Source: Gemmatimonadota bacterium
GTDB taxonomy: Bacteria > Gemmatimonadota > Gemmatimonadetes > Palauibacterales > Palauibacteraceae
NCBI GenBank assembly: GCA_039588275.1
Contig: JBDHAC010000010.1
Span: 32,001-96,000, forward strand
DNA: 64,000 nucleotides
Reading direction: 5' to 3'
Shown: positions 57,477 to 64,000 of the stretch, piece after piece
How positions within the stretch are numbered: the stretch's first letter is position 1
Layout of the letters: each line of letters starts with the position of its first letter
Position numbers and translations under genes: made by a program
Notes under the pieces: model-generated
Told to the model about the DNA's origin: nothing
What the model saw: only the letters and a program-made list of their open reading frames with translations
Database searches by the model: none

Positions 57477-60083
57477 TCAGCCGACGGCGCGCACCGGCTC
57501 TGCCAGCTGACCGCGTGCGGGATCCATCCGCTGGAGTCCTCCCCGCATGACGGCATACGCTCCGGCGTAGAACGCCACCGCGAGCCCGACGACGGTCGTG
57601 AACCCCCAATGCACCGCCGATAGCGTGGCTAGCGGCGGCGCGATGACCGACGCCGCTCCGTTCACCGCCCACGCCCACGGCACCATGGGTAGCCGGCGAT
57701 CCGAGACGATCTGAAGCCCGGTGGGGAACGGGATGCCCATCAGGAATGCGACCGGCGCCAGGAGCGCCAGGCTCAGCCCGACCCGTGCCGTACCGCCCCA
57801 CCCGCTCCAGACGGAGAACAGGTAGGGCAACAGGACCACGTAGAGACCCACGAGTGCCGCGATCAGGACGACGACGAATCCCACCAGTCGCCCGGCCCCC
57901 CACATGGCCATGCTCGCGTGCCCACCTGCGTGCCCGCCCGCGTGGCCGCTCCCGCCACGGGTGCCACGACCGCCCATGCGCCTGTCGGCCAGCGCGCTCC
58001 CGAGACCCGAAAAGACCAGGAAGGCCGAGAGCACGACCGCGATCGCGTACACGGGATGCGACAGGAAGAGCATCAGCTTCTGGATGAAGGCGATCTCGAG
58101 GAACAGGTAGGCGAGGCCGAGGAGACCGAAGTAGAGCACGACGCTCCCCGTGGCCGGAGGCCACGAACCTTCGTCGGTGTCGGGGGGCTCGGCAGCGGCT
58201 CGCCACCGTTTCCAACGCGAGACTGCGAGCAGCGGGACGAGCACGAGCAGCAGAGCCGCGGCGAGCGCCTGGAGCGCGGTCGCGATCAGCACCACGTAGC
58301 CCCACTCGACGACGCTGGTCCACCGTCCCCCGAGCGCATCCGTCAACCGCGGGAGCGACGCCCACTTGAAGAACCGGAAGAAGTACGGCCGGTCGTCGGT
58401 GGCGGGCCGCACGTGGAAGGCGTAGCGGTCGTAGAAGCGCTCCCTCGACCCCTCATCCGCGAGGACGCGACGGGCCGCCTCCCAGTACACGGGCTGCTCG
58501 AGCACCATGAACCGGTTCACCTCGGACTCCTCGAGCCCGGGAAGCCAGCTCAGGTCAAACCCACGCGCCCCGACCCACCTTCGGATCGCCTCCACCTGCT
58601 CCCCCGTCAGGGGCGAGCGAGTCAAGAGCAGCGTGGCCGTGTTCCACGAGCGGACGAAGGCGAGGTGTCGGGCCGGCGCCCGGATCCCCTTCTGCTCTGC
58701 AGCCTCGACGAGCGTCGCGAACATCTTGATCGCATCACGAGGTGGCGTTCTCAGCCAGCGCGTGATCGCCAGCGCGCCGCCGGGCGACAGCCGGTCCAGG
58801 TACAGCTCCACCGCCTGTCGCGTGTACAGGTAGCTCTCGCTCAGCGCTCGAACCCCCGCCGCGGAAGCCGTGAAGGAGTCGAGGAGCGAGATCTGGATCA
58901 GGTCGAACCGCGCATCGGGGTGTGCCTCCAACCAGCCGCGCGCCTCCGCCACGACGGGCGTCACGTCGGGCCGTGCGAACAAGCCCCCGGAGTGTGCGCC
59001 GAGCGGACCTTCGATCAGGGGCAGGACGTTCGGATCCACCTCCAGCGCGGTTACGCCGCTCGCCCCGTGGTAGAGCGCGTTGAGGACCTCGGTGCCCCCG
59101 CCCGACCCGATCACCAGCGTCCCGGGCCTGTCCAGCAGCTGGTACGGGAGCGCCGGGGTCACGTAGTCGAGGAACGCGAACGGTTCGAGCGACCCGTCGA
59201 ACCGGTGTACGGGGGAGACGGCGTCGGCATCGAAGTATAGACCCACCTGCTCGGGCAGCTCGCCCAGCTCCGCCATCGGATAGCCCGAGATCTGGCCCGG
59301 CGTCTCACGGATCAGGGATGAGCCGACGACGGTGAGGGTGGAGAGGGGGCTATGCGCGGTCGCCAGCACGCCCGCGTCCGGTAGATCCATGGCGTACGAG
59401 AGCCCCTTGTACGGAGACACCCGGATCGTGGGCGCACCGATCCACGCGGTGAGGAGGACCGACGCGAGTCCCGCGGCGAGCCACCGGGCGGTCGTCCCTC
59501 CGGGCACCCGGCGACCTGCCGCCGCGCCGGGGGCGAGAGCCAGCAGGAAGGCGGCGATCACGAGGACGGTCAGAAGAAGCGGGAGTCGCCCCGGCGGAGC
59601 CACGAACAGCAGCCCGATCACGCCGGCCGCTCCGAGACCGGACCCGAGCAGGTTGGCAAAATACACGCGGCCCACCCGGTCTCGCTCGAGCAGGAACGCG
59701 AAGAGGATGCACGAGGAGATGATGAAGAACGGGACGGCCAGGACCCCGTACAGCAGGAGCAGCCACGCAAACTGCACTCGACGCACGAGGAGCTCGAAGG
59801 TCTCGAACGGGATCGCTTGCGCGAGGGCGTGCGAGCCCGGGAGCGCGATCACCAGGAGGAGGGTAGCGGCCCGAAACAGGGTCGGCTCCCTGCCCCGCAC
59901 CCGGTCGCCGAGCAACGCGATCGCGGTCCCGCTCGCCGCGAAACCCAGCAGCGCTACGCTGATGATCATGTAGGCGAAGTGGTGCCACTCGGCTATGGAG
60001 AGGATTCGGGTGAGCGCCACTTCGTACCCGAGTCCCGCGGCGCTCAGGAGGAATACGGCCCCGAGCAGCGGCCGGGGCTTCAC
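57477..60083 (-). CDS. Polytopic membrane protein with a spermidine-synthase-like SAM-binding domain
   Basis: YEVALTR, VYFANLLGSGLG, LVIGSGGG, EARGWL, FDLIQ, SESYLYT, TDDRPYF, PWAWAVNG. Confidence 0.88.
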   Translation of the reverse strand: MKPRPLLGAVFLLSAAGLGYEVALTRILSIAEWHHFAYMIISVALLGFAASGTAIALLGDRVRGREPTLFRAATLLLVIALPGSHALAQAIPFETFELLVRRVQFAWLLLLYGVLAVPFFIISSCILFAFLLERDRVGRVYFANLLGSGLGAAGVIGLLFVAPPGRLPLLLTVLVIAAFLLALAPGAAAGRRVPGGTTARWLAAGLASVLLTAWIGAPTIRVSPYKGLSYAMDLPDAGVLATAHSPLSTLTVVGSSLIRETPGQISGYPMAELGELPEQVGLYFDADAVSPVHRFDGSLEPFAFLDYVTPALPYQLLDRPGTLVIGSGGGTEVLNALYHGASGVTALEVDPNVLPLIEGPLGAHSGGLFARPDVTPVVAEARGWLEAHPDARFDLIQISLLDSFTASAAGVRALSESYLYTRQAVELYLDRLSPGGALAITRWLRTPPRDAIKMFATLVEAAEQKGIRAPARHLAFVRSWNTATLLLTRSPLTGEQVEAIRRWVGARGFDLSWLPGLEESEVNRFMVLEQPVYWEAARRVLADEGSRERFYDRYAFHVRPATDDRPYFFRFFKWASLPRLTDALGGRWTSVVEWGYVVLIATALQALAAALLLVLVPLLAVSRWKRWRAAAEPPDTDEGSWPPATGSVVLYFGLLGLAYLFLEIAFIQKLMLFLSHPVYAIAVVLSAFLVFSGLGSALADRRMGGRGTRGGSGHAGGHAGGHASMAMWGAGRLVGFVVVLIAALVGLYVVLLPYLFSVWSGWGGTARVGLSLALLAPVAFLMGIPFPTGLQIVSDRRLPMVPWAWAVNGAASVIAPPLATLSAVHWGFTTVVGLAVAFYAGAYAVMRGGLQRMDPARGQLAEPVRAVG

Positions 60084-60898
60084 CTCTCCGGCTCGCCCCG
60101 CGTGAACGGCACGAACGCCACCGGGGCGACCGACCGCTGGGCCACCGATCCGTCCGTCCGTTTCTCCAGCAGCATGAGTTGCTGTGTTCGGAAGGGCGGG
60201 CCGACGGGGATCACCATGCGACCTCCCACCGCGAGCTGCTCCACCAGCGGAGGCGGGATGTGGGTGGCGGCGGCCGTGACCACGATGCCATCGAACGGTC
60301 CGTGCTCGGGCCAGCCGAAGTATCCGTCGCCGTGCTTCGCGCGCACCGCGGCGTAGCCCAGGCGTCGGAGCCGGGCCCAGGCGCTCGTTGCCAGCGGCTC
60401 GATGATCTCGATCGTGAACACGGAGTCGACGATCTCGGCCAGCACGGCCGCCTGGTACCCCGACCCGGTGCCGATCTCCAGGGTCCGGTCGCCCGGGTCC
60501 AGCTCCAGGAGCTGAGTCATCAACGCGACGATGTAAGGCTGCGAGATCGTCTGCCCGTGTCCGATCGGGAGCGGTTGGTTCAGGTAGGCCGCGTCACGCA
60601 GCTCGCGCGGTACGAACTCGTGCCGAGGCACGGCGCGGAGAGCCTCGATGACCTCCTGGTCGTCGATCGGCTCCAGGAGGGGATGCACCGAGGCGATGTA
60701 CCGCCGCACCATCTCCTCGCGTACATCTTCGTAGGGCTCGTTCTGGGCGACGGCCGGATGCGCCAGGCTCGTGAGACCGATCGCCCACAGGAACGCTCCC
60801 ACCAGTCCGACGGTCAGTCGCCGTACGGGCGCGGGCTCGATCACCTTCGGACTCGGCTCGCCTCGCGCGCGGACACTTCGAGTTCCCTCCTCACACAT
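60080..60898 (-). CDS. pcm: Protein-L-isoaspartate O-methyltransferase with an N-terminal signal-like extension (start uncertain)
   Basis: VPRHEFVP, AY.NQPLPIGHGQTISQPYIVA, LEIGTGSGYQAA, GDGYFGWPEHGPFD, FVPF. Confidence 0.93.
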   Translation of the reverse strand: MCEEGTRSVRARGEPSPKVIEPAPVRRLTVGLVGAFLWAIGLTSLAHPAVAQNEPYEDVREEMVRRYIASVHPLLEPIDDQEVIEALRAVPRHEFVPRELRDAAYLNQPLPIGHGQTISQPYIVALMTQLLELDPGDRTLEIGTGSGYQAAVLAEIVDSVFTIEIIEPLATSAWARLRRLGYAAVRAKHGDGYFGWPEHGPFDGIVVTAAATHIPPPLVEQLAVGGRMVIPVGPPFRTQQLMLLEKRTDGSVAQRSVAPVAFVPFTRGEPER

Positions 60899-61147
60899 GC
60901 AAGCCTCCGGGCTCGTCTCCGGGGATGCAACGGGATGAGTATACGCCGGTCTACGGTCCGGCACAGTGCGCTCACGCCCGACCCCGGGCGAGTCGGGGCT
61001 CGATGGGGACGCAGACCGCTTGCGGCCCCGTCCGGCAAGGCTCAAGGTTGCACCCGGCCCTCGGGTGTGACCGTTGCGGACCCGCGCCCCGGCTGCGGAA
61101 GTCCACCTCTCCCGGGTACACGCTCTCATGACCGAAGCCACGGCCCG

Positions 61148-62746
61148 ATGACGGAAGCCCAACTTCTCGCCACTTCGACCGGGACGGCGACGTCCGGCGA
61201 GCCGCCGGACCGGGATACCCACCCCCCCCTCCTGCTCCGGCAGGCCGTCAGCCGCGTGCGAATCGTGGCGTTGCTCGTGCTTGGCGTGGTCACGGTCAGC
61301 TGGCTGATTCAGGGAGCGATCGAGGGGTTCTTGTGGGAGGACTTCCAGGTGCTCGGACAGTGGGGGCCGCCCACCTCAATGATCGTCGGCTCGGTGCTCA
61401 TGTACTGGGCGGCGCGCAGCCCTGGCACGCCCGCGCGGACGGTCGTGGTGCTGGCCCTCGCGTACGAGGTTGCCGTGAGCTTCGGCATCGCGTTGTCCGA
61501 GTATTGGGGTGCCTTCGAGGGCTTGGAGGCCGCGGTCATCACCGGCGACGTCGTCGGATACACGAGCGTGGCATTGTGGATGTTGATGTTCACCGTGCTG
61601 GTGCCCGTGCGCCCCGGCCAGGCGGTGATCGGGCTTCTCGGATCTGCAGCCGCGACACCGATCACGTATCTCGTGGTCGTGGGGGCGGGCGATGCCCCTG
61701 TGCTGCCCGCCAGCCAGTTCTTCTGGGTGTTCGTGTTCCGCTACCTGGTCGTAGCCGCGCTGGCGTACATCGCCGCACGGGTCATCTACCGACTGGGCAA
61801 GGCCGTTCAACGCGCTCGCGAGCTGGGTAGCTATCGGCTCGAGCAACGCCTCGGCGAAGGGGGCATGGGCGAGGTATGGCGCGCGAACCATCGCATGCTG
61901 GCCCGGCCCGCGGCAGTAAAGCTCATCAGTCCAGCGGCGCTCGGTGACCCGACGAGGCACGCCGAGACCCTGGCTCGTTTCGAGCGGGAGGCACAGGCCA
62001 CGGCCGCCCTCCAATCGCCCCACTCCGTGCAGGTATTCGACTACGGCGTCGCGGACGATGGACGGCTGTACTACGCCATGGAACTACTCGAGGGAATCGA
62101 TCTCGAGCGACTCGTGGACCGGTTCGGCCCTCTCCCACCGGAGCGCGCCGTATACATCCTCGAACAGGCTTGCGAGTCACTCGCGGAGGCGCACCGGAGG
62201 GAGCTCGTTCACCGGGATATCAAGCCGAGCAACCTCTTCCTGTGCCGATACGCGCTCCAGTTCGACGTCGTGAAGGTGCTCGACTTCGGGTTGGCGAAGC
62301 ACACCCGCTTCGACCGTGACGATCCCATGTTGTCGCGCACGGGAGAGATCCGGGGCACTCCTGCCTATCTGCCGCCAGAGATGGCGCTGGACGAAGCACC
62401 GGTGGACGGGCGGGTGGACCTCTACGGGCTGGGTTGCGTGGCATATTGGCTGCTCACGGGGGCGCTCGTGTTCGACGCCGCATCTCCCACGGCGATGATC
62501 ATCGCCCACGCGACGCAGCCACCCGTCCCGCCCAGTCAGCGATCGGAGACCCCGATCCCTCCGGAGCTCGACGAGCTCGTCCTCGCGTGTCTCGCAAAGG
62601 CACCGTCCGAACGCCTCGCATCGGCCGAAGCTCTCGCGGAGGGTCTCGCTGCAATCCCGCTCGAGCATCCGTGGACCCAGGAGCGAGCGGCCGAATGGTG
62701 GGCCCTGCACGGATTGGCCGCGCCCGCCCCCGAACGGACTCCCTGA
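61148..62746 (+). CDS. Hanks-type Ser/Thr protein kinase with an N-terminal multi-TM sensor
   Basis: LGEGGMGEVW, AVKLI, HRDIKPSN, DFG, GTPAYLPPE, DLYGLG; about 6 TM upstream of the kinase domain. Confidence 0.93.
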   Translation: MTEAQLLATSTGTATSGEPPDRDTHPPLLLRQAVSRVRIVALLVLGVVTVSWLIQGAIEGFLWEDFQVLGQWGPPTSMIVGSVLMYWAARSPGTPARTVVVLALAYEVAVSFGIALSEYWGAFEGLEAAVITGDVVGYTSVALWMLMFTVLVPVRPGQAVIGLLGSAAATPITYLVVVGAGDAPVLPASQFFWVFVFRYLVVAALAYIAARVIYRLGKAVQRARELGSYRLEQRLGEGGMGEVWRANHRMLARPAAVKLISPAALGDPTRHAETLARFEREAQATAALQSPHSVQVFDYGVADDGRLYYAMELLEGIDLERLVDRFGPLPPERAVYILEQACESLAEAHRRELVHRDIKPSNLFLCRYALQFDVVKVLDFGLAKHTRFDRDDPMLSRTGEIRGTPAYLPPEMALDEAPVDGRVDLYGLGCVAYWLLTGALVFDAASPTAMIIAHATQPPVPPSQRSETPIPPELDELVLACLAKAPSERLASAEALAEGLAAIPLEHPWTQERAAEWWALHGLAAPAPERTP

Positions 62747-62778
62747 GGGGATACCCCGACTCCCTGAGGGGATGCCCC
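62737..62778. repeat. 21-bp tandem duplication spanning the kinase stop codon
   Basis: GACTCCCTGAGGGGATACCCC / GACTCCCTGAGGGGATGCCCC. Confidence 0.9.
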
Positions 62779-62836
62779 GGCCCGGGAACGCCAGGCGGGT
62801 CCGTGGCGAACCGCGTGCAGCGAGCCTCTCTCCGCA

Positions 62837-62869
62837 CGAAGAAGGGCGCCACGAGGGCGCCCTTCTTCG
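62837..62869. terminator. Likely bidirectional intrinsic terminator
   Basis: CGAAGAAGGGCGCC-ACGAG-GGCGCCCTTCTTCG, a 14-bp perfect stem between convergent genes. Confidence 0.75.
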
Positions 62870-62917
62870 GTTCAGGACCAGGTTCGGAAAGGCGCTCAGT
62901 GAGCGCGATTCGTACGC

Positions 62918-63766
62918 TCAGTCATCGTCATCTTCGTCATCATCGTCGTCCTCGAACTCGAGCTCCGAAAACCCGCGCTCCATCTCGGACTCGAACTCCA
63001 CTACCTGACCCTCGAACTGCGACAGGTCCATGACCGTGCCGTCGGGGCGAGCGAACCAGGCGGCCGGATCGACCACGACGTCAACGGTCGCGCTGGTCCC
63101 ATCGGTCAGATCGAGCGGCGGCTCGAACTCGATCTCGATTTCGATCTCCGCCTCGAAAAAGACGCTGAACGGTACCGCCGAGCCGCCTGTGGGCGTGAAC
63201 GAACCCATGACGAGCATGCTGGCCTCTTCCGGCCAGTCGGGAAACTGAGCGCGGATCGTGGTGACCAGCGTCTGAATCTCGCCCGCGTCCTCGTTACCGT
63301 CGTCCAGCTCGAGGTCTTCGACCTCGAACTCCAGCTCGTCGTACACCCCCGGCGGGACGGGCTGCGAGACCGTCGGCTCGCTGCCACCGTCCAGCGGGAG
63401 CTGGATGAACTGCGGGGGCGCCTCGAACTCCTCGCAAGAATCGTCGGAGCCCGAGTCGTCACAATCGTCGTCGTCCTCGAGCTCGAGCTCGAACTCGGCG
63501 ACGATCATCCAGATCTCATCGAGCGTGAGCGCCCCGTTTGATCCATCCAGTGTGAGCGACTGCGCGAGCGTGTTTCGCGCCACGCGTCCCAGATCGCCGG
63601 GTGCCACCGCAGGCGCGGCTCCGATCGTCGTCTGAAACGCGATCGACACGCGCGGTTGGCCGTCGTCGGGCCCGGTGGTCGAATCACACCCCGCCAACCC
63701 GAGCGCGACGAGCGGTCCGAGGATCACGCTCCGCGCCTTCTTGCCCACTGTCATGATCGTAGTCAT
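62918..63766 (-). CDS. Acidic DUF4382-like lipoprotein
   Basis: GGAAGG RBS; lipobox LAGC; EFELE...C...CEEFEAPP, PPGVYDELEFEV, VDPAAWF; Asp/Glu tail. Confidence 0.8.
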   Translation of the reverse strand: MTTIMTVGKKARSVILGPLVALGLAGCDSTTGPDDGQPRVSIAFQTTIGAAPAVAPGDLGRVARNTLAQSLTLDGSNGALTLDEIWMIVAEFELELEDDDDCDDSGSDDSCEEFEAPPQFIQLPLDGGSEPTVSQPVPPGVYDELEFEVEDLELDDGNEDAGEIQTLVTTIRAQFPDWPEEASMLVMGSFTPTGGSAVPFSVFFEAEIEIEIEFEPPLDLTDGTSATVDVVVDPAAWFARPDGTVMDLSQFEGQVVEFESEMERGFSELEFEDDDDDEDDDD

Positions 63767-63845
63767 CACGTCCTTCCGCCTCTCACTACCGGACCCGTAC
63801 CGCACGTCACGCCATCTCGTGACGCCGATCTGGTCCCTCTGCAGG

Positions 63846-63973
63846 GCAAGAGGCGTTCCTCGGGGGTTTCGCGACGTAAACGGTTTCAGGGAAAGCGTTT
63901 AGGAGGCTCCCGGTCGCCAGCGGGGTCGTCTCGCTCTGGAACATCGGTGCGGTACATGTCCCGATTCGAGACA
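63846..63973 (-). promoter_or_regulatory. Sigma54 (-24/-12) promoter with two 17-bp activator boxes
   Basis: Minus strand AGGAACG-CCTC-TTGC (GG 63859-58, GC 63847-46). Boxes TGTCCC-N5-GAGACA (63957-73) and CGTCTC-N5-GGAACA (63927-43), 30 bp apart. Confidence 0.72.
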
Positions 63974-64000
63974 GGTGCCCGCGGAGGAACGGCCCGGGGG

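Overview
A high-GC, gene-dense bacterial chromosome segment with about 45 CDSs. I saw no rRNA, tRNA, CRISPR array, transposase, integrase or reverse transcriptase. The gene repertoire suggests Gemmatimonadota; this is an inference from a BTAD/PD40 regulator, TPR, 6-bladed-propeller, DUF4382-like and RCC1 (lipo)proteins, a membrane Ser/Thr kinase and many secreted peptidases. Most content is accessory catabolism and envelope function: peptidases/hydrolases (S33/TAP-like, M50, S12, S41, M14, S9, CPBP, M28), a PQQ/cytochrome c dehydrogenase, an FMO, an alpha-hydroxy-acid oxidase, SSS, SLC13 and ZIP transporters, and Pcm. Five structures stand out. (1) A membrane-anchored SARP/BTAD-PD40 one-component regulator sits divergent from a giant ZU5/RCC1x14/LamG lipoprotein that the ORF track missed. 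Between them are three 11-bp-phased heptamers placed 9 nt from a -10 box. (2) The RCC1 protein has homogenised 150-bp blades whose variation concentrates in two loop positions. (3) A CARDB/BACON-like repeat protein with a dockerin-like C-terminal tag is coupled to a small, possibly cohesin-like lipoprotein; its gene is frameshifted by an exact 17-bp tandem duplication. (4) Two sigma54-type promoters with related enhancer boxes lie upstream of a spondin-domain and a DUF4382-like lipoprotein. (5) Several translationally coupled gene pairs of unknown function: an Fe-S pair, a ZIP pair, and Pcm plus a membrane methyltransferase. All family calls come from motif recognition by eye; no searches were run.
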